Assembly (NCBI GenBank): GCA_034521025.1
Contig: JAXHMZ010000001.1
Span: 15,921 to 79,920 of the forward strand
DNA from: Candidatus Campbellbacteria bacterium
GTDB taxonomy: Bacteria > Patescibacteriota > Minisyncoccia > Phycocordibacterales > JAXHMZ01
Direction of reading: 5' to 3'
Length of the DNA: 64,000 bases
Shown: one piece after another, positions 40,417 to 49,558 of the stretch
Numbering within the stretch: the first letter of the stretch is position 1
Layout: each line of letters begins with the position of its first letter
Notes under the pieces: model-generated
Told to the model about the DNA's origin: nothing
Database searches by the model: none
What the model saw: the letters and a program-made list of their open reading frames with translations, nothing else
Made by a program: the position numbers and the translations under genes

Positions 40417-41010
40417 TTAATTAAAACGATTCATTGTCTCCGTAAGCCCATATATCTCAAGGGATCTTATGACCTTCCAGACAAGAGAAGGAAGCTTTTC
40501 TACCTTTTCTCTCTCTTCTGGTGAAAATCTCCCTAGAACATAATCTCTAACGATCTCTTTTGGCGGCTTATTCTTTTCACCGCCTTCATCTACCGGACAC
40601 ACACCCAAACGGATACGGATAAAGTCTCGAGTATGCAGATGATCTACGATCGATCTTAGCCCCTTGTGACCACCATCACCTCTGTCTTTGGAAATTCTTA
40701 CGCTTCCTACGGGGAGATCTATGTCGTCATACATAACGACAACTTCTCCCGAAGATACATCAAATCTTTTGACCAATTCTCTCACCGCTTCCCCCGAGCG
40801 GTTCATAAAAGTCTCCGGCAAAGCAAACCTTGAAACATGATCGTCATCGACTTTTGCCTCCGTTAGGTAGGCGTTCGCGTATTTATCAAATTCCCAGTTA
40901 TTAAAATTATTTTCTTCGGAAATATCAAGCAATAGATCGCGTCCGATATTATGACGCGTGCTTGCGTATTTTCTTCCCGGATTTCCAAGTCCAAATATTA
41001 ACATTTGCAA
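40417..41010 (-). CDS. pth: Peptidyl-tRNA hydrolase
   Basis: LIFGLGNPG...RHNIG and the conserved Pth core. Confidence 0.85.
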   Translation of the reverse strand: MQMLIFGLGNPGRKYASTRHNIGRDLLLDISEENNFNNWEFDKYANAYLTEAKVDDDHVSRFALPETFMNRSGEAVRELVKRFDVSSGEVVVMYDDIDLPVGSVRISKDRGDGGHKGLRSIVDHLHTRDFIRIRLGVCPVDEGGEKNKPPKEIVRDYVLGRFSPEEREKVEKLPSLVWKVIRSLEIYGLTETMNRFN

Positions 41011-41058
41011 AATAAAAATTAGCTTGTGTCAAGCGATACTCTGTAATACAATACTAGC

Positions 41059-41712
41059 ATGAATGAAGCTCCTGATGATAGGGAAAACGAGGCTGTCGAC
41101 GAGAGTTCTTTCGATACAGACGAAGAAGATCACCGCGAAGAAGTAAGAGGCGGTGGAACTTCTTTTATTGGCGATCTCCTTCGTTTCTCCTTGTTATCTA
41201 TTATTATTGTAGTTCCTATACGCCTGTTTATCGCCTCTCCTTTTGTGGTAAACGGCTCTTCCATGGACCCCACCTTTCACACGGGTGAGTATCTAATAGT
41301 TGACCAACTGTCTTATCAATTCTCTGAGCCAGAGAGAGGAGATGTTGTTATTTTTCATTTTCCTCAAAATCCTTCTCAGTTTTTCATCAAAAGAGTTATT
41401 GGACTCCCCGGTGAGACAGTAGTATTAGAAGGCAACAAGGTAAAAATAATCAACACCGAACACCCGAATGGATTTTATTTGGACCAATCTTTTTTAACTC
41501 ATAAATCACCGAAAGAAGAGGAGGAAATATTTAAACTGAGAGAAGATGAATACGTGGTCTTGGGTGACAACAGGACGGCTAGTTCTGATTCACGAGTATG
41601 GGGCACTGTAGACGAGAGATTGATAGTAGGAAGAGCTCTTCTGCGACTATTCCCTCTTTCTACGGTCGGTTATATGCCTGGAGATATAGATTTGCAAGAT
41701 CAACAACAATAA
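41059..41712 (+). CDS. lepB: Signal peptidase I
   Basis: Catalytic-Ser box GSSMDPTF, Lys box region, GDNRTASSDSRVWG. Confidence 0.8.
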   Translation: MNEAPDDRENEAVDESSFDTDEEDHREEVRGGGTSFIGDLLRFSLLSIIIVVPIRLFIASPFVVNGSSMDPTFHTGEYLIVDQLSYQFSEPERGDVVIFHFPQNPSQFFIKRVIGLPGETVVLEGNKVKIINTEHPNGFYLDQSFLTHKSPKEEEEIFKLREDEYVVLGDNRTASSDSRVWGTVDERLIVGRALLRLFPLSTVGYMPGDIDLQDQQQ

Positions 41713-41714
41713 AT

Positions 41715-42923
41715 ATGAACCCAACTCAACACAAAGAAAACAACAGTAAGCCTCAATTACCTAATTTTTCTTATAGCGGACCGTACAAAAAAGCAGTTGA
41801 GGTCTGTTCCTTTTATGGAGTTAGCTTGATCTCTCCGCCCGAGATCCAAAAAGATACTCAATCCTATACCGACAAATTTGGATCTGAAACGGAAATGAAC
41901 AACAAGGAGCCTGGTTTCTCTATAGACGAAAGGGTTGCGATGATCCGTGAATATTCCGAGAAAAACTGGGAGACCCTAACCCAGCCCGTATTAGTTATGT
42001 ACACCAAAAAACCTAATCCACGAGGTGAACGTTTTTTGTATTTACACGTCATAGGCTTATCTAAAAATATAGCTGATATGCTATCTATACATCTAGCCTG
42101 GACAATCCTAGGCGGTGCGCTTAATAAAGATCTTTTACTTCATATAAATAGTATGGGTGACAAGGAATCCGGCACTCAATTCGTAAGAGAACTTACATCT
42201 TATTTTCGCAAACATATAAATTCGCTTCCGGTTGAGTGCAGAGAGTCATTTAAGAACAATATATTGAACGTATTGAAAGAAAGACGAAGTGAATGCCTTA
42301 TGTTTCAAGAAGACGCTCCTCAATCTATTACCTTTTTAAGCGAAAGTTCTCGTAATTTTTTCAAAGAAATAATTGAATTCACAGAAACCCGTTCAATCCC
42401 ATATCTTATAGATCCAAGCCTAGTAGAAAACAAAGACGCATTTTCAGAGACAATATTTAGCATCAACGAAAAAAGCGGCTCTGGAAAAGGAAAAACATTT
42501 GCTACCGGTGCCAGATCGGACAATCTAACCCGCGGCTCCGGAATGCGTAAAACGGTCCCCGTATTCTCAACTACAATAAATATACCCGGTTCCACAGCGA
42601 GAGAGAGCATTAAAGAAGTAAAGGAAAAGAAAAGTAAGCCGTGGGTGTATCTGATTCAGCTAGGTGAAGAGGCGAGACTGCATTCGTTTGAACTTCTCGA
42701 GAAACTTAGAGAAGCAAAAATTCCTACCAAAGTCTCGTTCGGTAAAGAAAAGATGTCCGAGCAAATGGACCAAGCCGAACGGCTTAAAATCTCTATTACG
42801 CTCATAATGGGCCAAAAAGAGTCGCTTGAACATTCAGTAATAGTTCGCAATATGAAAACACACTCACAAGAGATCGTGGACATAAATGACGCCCCAAAAA
42901 CTATCAAAAAGCTCCTCAAGTAA
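41715..42923 (+). CDS. Histidyl-tRNA-synthetase-like class II paralog with degenerate catalytic motifs (HisZ-like); the C-terminal HisRS-type anticodon-binding domain is intact
   Basis: Start set to the ATG at 41715, 2 nt after the lepB stop. PNPRGERFLYLH stands where motif 2 is FRYERPQKGRYRQFHQ. GARSD stands where GGRYD is expected. C-terminal KPWVYLIQLGEE...IVRNMKTHSQEIV anticodon-binding fold. Confidence 0.5.
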   Translation: MNPTQHKENNSKPQLPNFSYSGPYKKAVEVCSFYGVSLISPPEIQKDTQSYTDKFGSETEMNNKEPGFSIDERVAMIREYSEKNWETLTQPVLVMYTKKPNPRGERFLYLHVIGLSKNIADMLSIHLAWTILGGALNKDLLLHINSMGDKESGTQFVRELTSYFRKHINSLPVECRESFKNNILNVLKERRSECLMFQEDAPQSITFLSESSRNFFKEIIEFTETRSIPYLIDPSLVENKDAFSETIFSINEKSGSGKGKTFATGARSDNLTRGSGMRKTVPVFSTTINIPGSTARESIKEVKEKKSKPWVYLIQLGEEARLHSFELLEKLREAKIPTKVSFGKEKMSEQMDQAERLKISITLIMGQKESLEHSVIVRNMKTHSQEIVDINDAPKTIKKLLK

Positions 42924-42962
42924 TACTTGAAGTCTATTCTCTCTTATGATAGAGTTCTCGCC

Positions 42963-43187
42963 ATGGCAAATGTTGAAGTAGAAGCAAATACCAACGAACC
43001 CAACTCTAGCGTGGTTCGACGCTTTACGCAGCGCGTCCGCGGGTCGGGTCTCCTTAGAATTGCGCGTGGCGGACGTTATCTAAACCGCGAAAAATCTAAA
43101 TTTATCAAAAAGAAAGAGGCTCTAAAATCGATTGAGAGAAAGAATGAAATTGAGCGCTTAAAAAAACTTGGTAAACTTCCAGAGTAA
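42963..43187 (+). CDS. rpsU: 30S ribosomal protein S21
   Basis: MANVEVEANTNEPNSSVVRRFTQRV...REKSKFIKKKEALKS matches the S21 pattern. Start moved to the internal ATG. Confidence 0.6.
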   Translation: MANVEVEANTNEPNSSVVRRFTQRVRGSGLLRIARGGRYLNREKSKFIKKKEALKSIERKNEIERLKKLGKLPE

Positions 43188-43192
43188 AAAAG

Positions 43193-43224
43193 AAAAAACC
43201 GGCAACTTGCCGGCTTTTTTATTG
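43193..43224 (+). terminator. Rho-independent terminator after rpsU
   Basis: aaaaaaccggcaacttgccggctttttta. Confidence 0.65.
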
Positions 43225-43327
43225 CTTGATCTCTGTTTACTTCTCCACAGATTTTTATTAAACCCCTTTTTTGCTATACTGAGTTCACTTTAATCGGGAG
43301 AAGGACTGCCCTGTCCCGTTTATACTT

Positions 43328-44506
43328 ATGACAAAAAATATTGCTGTTGGCATTGACATCGGAACATACAATGTAAAGGTCGCTATCGCGGAAAAGTCGG
43401 TACAAAACGGCAAGGTAGTTCCGCGCCTTATCGCTACGGGTTTTGCCGAATCCAAAGGATTGCGCCACGGCTACATAATTAACTCCAGCGAAGCGGTGAA
43501 AAGTATACGAAAAGCGGTGAAACAAGCTGAAAAAACCGCTGGAGTTGAGGTAGGCCGAGCTTACGTTTCTATGGGTGGTATATCACTTGAGGGAAACACC
43601 TCAGTCGGATCGACCGTGATCACACATCCGGATATGGAGATCTCTGAAGAAGACGCCCAAGCCGCTCTTAATGCGAGCGAGCGTACTCTTCCAAGGGCTC
43701 TCACTTTGAATAAAAAGATCCTTCATACAATTCCAATTCAATACAAAATAGACGGTCGAGACGTACTTGGTCGACCGAATGGTATGCGCGGCTCCAAACT
43801 TGAGGTTAAGTCATTGTTTATTACCTGTCTTGAGCAACACCTGAATGATCTAATTCAAGCCGTTGAAGATGTAGGGATAGAAGTGGAAGACGTTGTGGCC
43901 GCTCCCATAGCGGCAAGCTTTGTTTCGCTTACCAAAACCCAAAAGATCGCCGGTTGCGTACTTGCAAATATAGGCGCGGAGACAGTTTCTATTGTTGTAT
44001 ACGAAAATAGCATCCCCATTTCACTTGAAGTATTCCCTTCCGGTTCAAACGACATAACTAACGACATAGCGTTAGGTCTAAAGGTTCCCATAGAGGAAGC
44101 TGAGAAAATAAAGCTCGGCCACGCAACCGGAGTCGGCTATCCCAAAGATCAGATAGAAGGCATAGTAGCCGAACGTCTAAAAGAGATCTTTCTTTTGGTC
44201 GAGGCTCATCTCTCTAAAATTGGCAAAAATGAGCTTCTACCCGCCGGTATTATTATTTCCGGCGGGGGCTCAGGACTTGGCTCTGTTCAAGAAATTGCTA
44301 AAGCCACATTAGACCTGCCCAGCATGATCGCAAGATCAGAGATCATCTATACTTCTCGAAATCAAATTAAGGACGCGACGTGGTCAGTGGCATATGGTTT
44401 GTGCATCCTTGATTTCAGTACTGAAAGCGAATCCAAATCAAGAGGAAGTGGTATTTTGAAACGAATCGGTGGCATATTCCGATGGTTAAAGCAGTTTTTG
44501 CCTTAA
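43328..44506 (+). CDS. ftsA: Cell division protein FtsA
   Basis: Actin-like ATPase motifs (VGIDIGTYNVKVA, GGGSGL). Immediately upstream of ftsZ. Confidence 0.8.
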   Translation: MTKNIAVGIDIGTYNVKVAIAEKSVQNGKVVPRLIATGFAESKGLRHGYIINSSEAVKSIRKAVKQAEKTAGVEVGRAYVSMGGISLEGNTSVGSTVITHPDMEISEEDAQAALNASERTLPRALTLNKKILHTIPIQYKIDGRDVLGRPNGMRGSKLEVKSLFITCLEQHLNDLIQAVEDVGIEVEDVVAAPIAASFVSLTKTQKIAGCVLANIGAETVSIVVYENSIPISLEVFPSGSNDITNDIALGLKVPIEEAEKIKLGHATGVGYPKDQIEGIVAERLKEIFLLVEAHLSKIGKNELLPAGIIISGGGSGLGSVQEIAKATLDLPSMIARSEIIYTSRNQIKDATWSVAYGLCILDFSTESESKSRGSGILKRIGGIFRWLKQFLP

Positions 44507-44682
44507 TTTAAGTCCCTACAAGAAAGTTTTGTTTAATTCCCTTCATGCTCTTTCTTTTTTGTTTTGGTTTGCTATAGTATAGGTAATTCAGATACACGTT
44601 TTGCTCGTATAAAACGTTGAATTTGACGAATAATTTAATGGATTAGGAGCATCTTGCTCTAAACGAAAATTTAGTAGAAATT

Positions 44683-45966
44683 ATGGCTAAAAAAGTTACA
44701 CCGGAAGTTGAATCATTTGCGCGTATTCGCGTTATTGGTGTAGGTGGTTCAGGCGGAAACGCAGTCAATCACATGATCGAATCGAAAGTAAAAGGCGTGG
44801 AATTTATCGCTGTGAACACAGACGCTCAAGACTTGCACCATTCCCTTTCTAAACATCGAATTCATATCGGCAAAAATCTAACCAAAGGTCTGGGAACCGG
44901 CATGGATTCAGATATTGGTAAGCGCGCGGCAGAAGAAACTAAGGAAGAATTGCAAGAAACTATAAACGGATCCGATATGGTCTTTATTGCCGGCGGTATG
45001 GGAGGCGGCACCGGAACCGGCGCGAGTGCCGTCGTGGCAAAAACCGCCAAGGAACAAGGAGCGTTGACGGTTGCGGTTGTAACGAAGCCATTTTTCTTTG
45101 AAGGCGCTCAGCGAATGAGACTTGCCGATCAAGGCCTTGAAGCTCTACGTAAAGAAGTAGACGCGCTTATCATTATTCCAAACGATAAGTTACTACAAAC
45201 CGTAGACAAAGAAACCACGGCGAGCGAGGCCTTCGCTATGTCTGATGAAATTCTTCGCGTAGCGGTAGAAGGCATCTCTGACTTGATCATCAAACCTGGA
45301 GTTATCAACGTAGACTTTGCTGACATTAGATCGATCATGGAAAATGCCGGATCTGCTCTTATGGGTATCGGTGTAGCTTCAGGAGATAATCGCGCTGTAG
45401 AAGCCGCTAAGATCGCCATTAATTCCCCACTATTGGACATCTCGGTTGATGGAGCAAAAGGAGTACTATTTGCCATTGCCGGCGGATCTGATATGACAAT
45501 GAATGAGATTCAGGAAGCAGCTAAAGTTATCACCGAGTCAATTGATCAAAACGCGAAGGTTATCTTTGGAGCTATTAACGATGACAAATTGAGGAAAAAC
45601 GAGATCAAAGTTACCGTTATTGCCTCCGGATTTCCTCAGGACGTAGCAAACGAATCTCCTCACTTGCCACGAGAAGAGCAATCCTTTGAGAAAACCGTTG
45701 AAGATAGCGGAGTTGGAAAAATATATAATTCTTTGGGATTAGGTAAGACCAAGAGAGAAGAGGAGGAGAAAGAGAAAGGAGAAAAAGAAGAGAATGGTAA
45801 AGCACCGCAACCGACAAAAGAAGAAAAGCGAGAAAAGCCAGCCAAGAAATCCCCTCCTAAACGCAAAGAAAAAGAGGAAGAAAAGAAAAATGATGACGAC
45901 GAAGATGACGATGATGATGATTGGGGTTCGATTCCGTCATTCCTTCGCCGATCAAAGATCCGATAA
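44683..45966 (+). CDS. ftsZ: Cell division protein FtsZ, with a long K/E-rich linker, a poly-Asp tract and a C-terminal FtsA-binding peptide (SIPSFLRR)
   Basis: GGGTGTG tubulin signature. NTDAQ. T7 loop. Confidence 0.9.
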   Translation: MAKKVTPEVESFARIRVIGVGGSGGNAVNHMIESKVKGVEFIAVNTDAQDLHHSLSKHRIHIGKNLTKGLGTGMDSDIGKRAAEETKEELQETINGSDMVFIAGGMGGGTGTGASAVVAKTAKEQGALTVAVVTKPFFFEGAQRMRLADQGLEALRKEVDALIIIPNDKLLQTVDKETTASEAFAMSDEILRVAVEGISDLIIKPGVINVDFADIRSIMENAGSALMGIGVASGDNRAVEAAKIAINSPLLDISVDGAKGVLFAIAGGSDMTMNEIQEAAKVITESIDQNAKVIFGAINDDKLRKNEIKVTVIASGFPQDVANESPHLPREEQSFEKTVEDSGVGKIYNSLGLGKTKREEEEKEKGEKEENGKAPQPTKEEKREKPAKKSPPKRKEKEEEKKNDDDEDDDDDDWGSIPSFLRRSKIR

Positions 45967-45984
45967 AGCAAACGATTATTAAGA

Positions 45985-46012
45985 AAAATCCGAGCGCCAG
46001 TTCGGATTTTTT
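45985..46012 (+). terminator. Rho-independent terminator after ftsZ
   Basis: aaaatccgagcgccagttcggatttttt. Confidence 0.6.
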
Positions 46013-46027
46013 GCTACAATTTCCCTT

Positions 46028-46951
46028 ATGTATGATTTAGTAATTATAGGCGGAGGCCCTGCCGGAGTTGCAGCGGGCGTATATGCCGCAAGAAAAAAAC
46101 TTAAAACAGCTCTGATCACCGATTCTTTTGGCGGACAAAGCGTTGAATCGATGGGTATTGAGAACTGGATCGGTACCCCTTTTATTTCCGGTGACGATCT
46201 AGCGAAAAACTTCGAAAACCACTTGCGCCAATTCGAAGATGAGGATCTTGATATCTATGCCAACTCAAGAGCTGAAAAAATCGAAAAAACTAACGATAAC
46301 TTTGTCGTCATTGACTCTGACGAAAACAAATTTGAGACCAGAACTGTTTTAGTGGCTACGGGAAGCAAACGAAGAAAGTTAGATGTACCCGGAGCCGATG
46401 AGTACGAAAACCGCGGTATTACTTACTGCGCTTCTTGCGACGGCCCCCTCTTTAAAGACAAAGATGTAGTCGTCATCGGAGGAGGCAACGCCGGATTTGA
46501 AAGTGCTGCCCAACTTCTGGCTTACACAAGATCTGTAACTCTTTTACACAAAAACGACAAATTCAAAGCTGATCCGGTTACAGTTAATAAAGTTATGGAG
46601 CATCCTAAGATGACTGCTTATACAAACGCGGTTACTAAAGAAGTAAAAGGAGAAACTATGGCACAGTCTATAGTCTATAAAGACACCGCGACCAATGAAG
46701 AACACGAGATACCTGCCGAGGGCATATTCGTTGAGATCGGCAATATTCCGGCAACCGGATTTGTAGCTGACGCCGTAGAAATGAACGAACTCGATCAAAT
46801 AAAAGTAGATCCTAAGGATCAAAAAACTTCAACCCCGGGCATTTGGGCGGCTGGAGACTGCACCGACACTCTCTATCATCAAAACAATATAGCGGCTGGA
46901 GACGGAGTTCGCGCGTTAGAGGACCTATACCTTTGGCTTAGAGCTCGCTAG
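46028..46951 (+). CDS. trxB: Thioredoxin reductase
   Basis: FAD motif IIGGGPAG. Redox CASCDG. NADPH motif VIGGGNAG. Confidence 0.85.
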   Translation: MYDLVIIGGGPAGVAAGVYAARKKLKTALITDSFGGQSVESMGIENWIGTPFISGDDLAKNFENHLRQFEDEDLDIYANSRAEKIEKTNDNFVVIDSDENKFETRTVLVATGSKRRKLDVPGADEYENRGITYCASCDGPLFKDKDVVVIGGGNAGFESAAQLLAYTRSVTLLHKNDKFKADPVTVNKVMEHPKMTAYTNAVTKEVKGETMAQSIVYKDTATNEEHEIPAEGIFVEIGNIPATGFVADAVEMNELDQIKVDPKDQKTSTPGIWAAGDCTDTLYHQNNIAAGDGVRALEDLYLWLRAR

Positions 46952-47024
46952 AATTATAAAAAGATAGGATTTAAATTGGAAAGCCATCTCTTAAAGATGG
47001 CTTTGTGTGCTTTTTGGCTCTATC

Positions 47025-47372
47025 TCAAGAGCCGGCGTAACTATTGTTTTTGATCTTTGTTCCACCTTTCGACTTTCCAAGCCGATAAACGACTTGCCTT
47101 ATAGGCCTATTCCTGTGATCTCGTATTGCTGTATGATGCGGACTTTCTCTGCACTCAAGCCGCGATTCCTCGTTCAGGCGATAGAGTGCTTTTTTCACGA
47201 TATACTTAGGAGAGTTTGTCCTTTCTACCAGATCTACCAACAGTCTCCATTGCTGTGGATTCTCTTTGAAGACATCGATTATTTGATCCCTAACGGAAAG
47301 AATCCAAATGCTGATGATCAGCTGAGTAACAGCAAAGACAAACCCGGCCACAAGCAACACCGTAACGAACAT
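47025..47372 (-). CDS. Hypothetical small membrane protein
   Basis: Strong RBS GAGGAGGAGGTGG 4 nt before the ATG. N-terminal TM. Confidence 0.4.
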   Translation of the reverse strand: MFVTVLLVAGFVFAVTQLIISIWILSVRDQIIDVFKENPQQWRLLVDLVERTNSPKYIVKKALYRLNEESRLECRESPHHTAIRDHRNRPIRQVVYRLGKSKGGTKIKNNSYAGS

Positions 47373-47449
47373 TCGCCACCTCCTCCTCTATTGGTGTATT
47401 TCTACTTTGAAAGATTACTTATTCGCTAAAGTCTGTCAAATAGATATTT

Positions 47450-47624
47450 TGCTATGACCCCACGGAGAATCGAATCTTACAGATTCGGTAGAGTCTTCGT
47501 GTCGTACTCGCTACACTCCGTGCGACTAACTCAGACTTTTCGATTCACCGATCTGAGCCAAATTATTGGCTCATTTGTGGTATGAACAAAAAAGGACTGC
47601 TCAAGCAGTCTCTTTTTGTATTCA
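47450..47624 (-). repeat. tRNA-3'-end-associated repeat unit downstream of tRNA-Glu, ending in CTACCGAATCTGTAAGATTCGATTCTCCGTGGGGTCA (Glu 3' mimic)
   Basis: Minus-strand reading: hairpin gactgcttgagcagtc, CGAAAAGTCTGAGTTAGTCGCACGG, then the conserved right arm plus an exact copy of the tRNA-Glu 3' end. Confidence 0.75.
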
Positions 47625-47698
47625 TGACCCCACGGAGAATCGAACTCCGATTACCAGGATGAAAACCTGGCGTCCTAGCCGTTAGACGATGGGGCCTT
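47625..47698 (-). tRNA. tRNA-Glu(TTC)
   Basis: Acceptor GGCCCCA/TGGGGTC, anticodon stem CCAGG/CCTGG, loop TTTTCAT. Confidence 0.75.
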
Positions 47699-47788
47699 AT
47701 CGAGAAGTACTTTAGCAAATTTCTTGTTCGCGCGCAAAGGACAAAAGTTGAAAAATTGCTCTAATTCGCTACAATGTGCCCGAAGCGA

Positions 47789-47872
47789 GGTGGATTGCCC
47801 GGAATTGGTAACGGAGCGGTTTCGAAAACCGTCGGCCTAACGGCCTTACAGGTTCGAGTCCTGTATCCACCG
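47789..47872 (+). tRNA. tRNA-Ser(CGA), type II
   Basis: Acceptor GGTGGAT/ATCCACC, loop TTCGAAA, long variable arm GGCCTAACGGCCTTAC. Followed by cagtGAACAAGTGAG. Confidence 0.7.
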
Positions 47873-47994
47873 CAGTGAACAAGTTCCTTTTTATACACGC
47901 ACGAAGATTTGAACAAGTGAGTAAGATATGCTCTCCTTTTAGTAGGTAGGGTTTCGTTCCTTTAAACTCATACACTCACGAAAGGTAGGTTCTA

Positions 47995-48426
47995 ATGAAA
48001 AGCATATCCATTTTTATTGGCAGACTTCCCTTCGTGGGAAAAGTAGCGATACGCCCTCTTGTGTTCGATCTGTACTTGAGCACAAGTGTAGATAGAAGAC
48101 TGCGGAGCTATCTGATGCTCATGACCCTCCTTATCCTCTTATTACTCCTTCACGCAGTCTGGATGTGGATGGGATTGGAGGCACTGAGATTTGAGTCTCC
48201 CGTGTGGGCAAAGATAGTGAGCGCCGCTTTTGCTTTCGTAAACTTCATGGTCATTGTGTTTCATTTCTACCTAGGGTACCGAGTGACACGTTTCTTTCAA
48301 AGCAGAGTGTTGCCTCGCGTTGAACGCAGTTACACTAAACTCTCAGGGGGAGACGCGTTACTAACGGTGGTTGTAACATTGGTAGGGCTCGCTGTCTTCT
48401 TCTTCCAATACGCATGGTTTAGCTAA
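47995..48426 (+). CDS. Hypothetical polytopic small membrane protein
   Basis: Four predicted TM segments. No family recognised. Confidence 0.35.
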   Translation: MKSISIFIGRLPFVGKVAIRPLVFDLYLSTSVDRRLRSYLMLMTLLILLLLLHAVWMWMGLEALRFESPVWAKIVSAAFAFVNFMVIVFHFYLGYRVTRFFQSRVLPRVERSYTKLSGGDALLTVVVTLVGLAVFFFQYAWFS

Positions 48427-48522
48427 CCTTCACCCCTGTGTGGATATACACGCAGGGGTGCTTTTGTTGTTTTTTCAATTGAGTGGAAAAATGAATGTTT
48501 TTTGCTATACTCTTTCTAGTTC

Positions 48523-48596
48523 GGGCGATTAGCTCAGTTGGCTAGAGCGCATCATTGACGTTGATGAGGCCATAGGTTCGAGTCCTATATCGCCCA
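48523..48596 (+). tRNA. tRNA-Val(GAC)
   Basis: Acceptor GGGCGAT/ATCGCCC, anticodon stem CATCA/TGATG, loop TTGACGT. -10-like TGcTATACT lies 12 nt upstream. Confidence 0.75.
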
Positions 48597-48880
48597 CCGT
48601 ACAGTTCAAGATGGCACAACGATGTGTCTTTATACAAAAGTTCCTATAGTGCAAGAGCAAGCCAACTGCTTGGCTTGCGTGTTAGGACTCGAAAAGCTCA
48701 AACAGTCCGGGGGACTGTTTGAGAAGGTTGCCAGATAGTTTGAGAGCTTGCGAATCAAACTGTCGACAACCTGTACAGCTCCTGTAAGGAGGGAGTATAT
48801 CGCGCGAAGCAGAGCGAGCACGACGCGAAGACTGTACCGAATCTGTAAGATTCGAGTCCTATATCGCCCACCTAGACAAA
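48597..48880 (+). repeat. tRNA-3'-end-associated repeat unit carrying the nested ~105-nt module; ends in CTGTACCGAATCTGTAAGATTCGAGTCCTATATCGCCCACC (Val 3' mimic)
   Basis: The module at 48697-48802 matches 26727-26832. Terminal 24 nt are identical to the tRNA-Val 3' end. Confidence 0.8.
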
Positions 48881-48905
48881 AATCACTGCTTAGATATTTA
48901 GTTTA

Positions 48906-49436
48906 CTAAACGCCAAACCATTGGTTGATAGCGTATCCGACGTAGAAAGCGATGGCGGCAGCGATACCGCCTATAAGTAGCACCTGAAAGGCTGAACGCC
49001 ATTTGTTCTTATTGGTTATGTGTCCTTTTATAAAACCGACCGTAAGAAAAGCAACCGCGGTCAAAACAGCTGAAAATACAAAAGTATATGTATGTAGTCC
49101 CAAGAAAGGCACCAAAAGGAATGGAGCCAAAGGTATAAAACCAAGAACTACGAAAGATAGAAAAGTGGCAATGGCAGTTGATAACGGAGATTTTAGATCA
49201 GGGTGTGGGTGGTTGTGAGTTGCGGCGAGCTCGTTATTCGAACGAGTAGAAAGATAGTTTGACGCCGCCATAGAAAAGCCGTCAGCAAAAAGGTTTGCAA
49301 ACCCGAGGATCAGTATTACTGAAGCACTTAACGAGGCCCCGATCGCGCCCGCAATCACAGCAAGTGTCGTAATGGCCCCATCTATACCTCCATAAACAAA
49401 TTCAGAAAGATACTTCATATATTTTTTTATTTTCAA
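48906..49436 (-). CDS. VIT1/CCC1-family (vacuolar iron transporter-like) membrane protein
   Basis: N-terminal YGGIDGAITTLAVIAGAIGASL signature. Five TMs. Confidence 0.65.
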   Translation of the reverse strand: MKIKKYMKYLSEFVYGGIDGAITTLAVIAGAIGASLSASVILILGFANLFADGFSMAASNYLSTRSNNELAATHNHPHPDLKSPLSTAIATFLSFVVLGFIPLAPFLLVPFLGLHTYTFVFSAVLTAVAFLTVGFIKGHITNKNKWRSAFQVLLIGGIAAAIAFYVGYAINQWFGV

Positions 49437-49558
49437 CTAAAGCATAGCATCATTTCTCTTGAACCAAAATCTATCTAAATTACTTACTTTGGAGATTTAT
49501 TTCTCCACCTTTTCTCGCAACTCACATTGGGTTTATGTCATGCTATACTTTTCATTAA

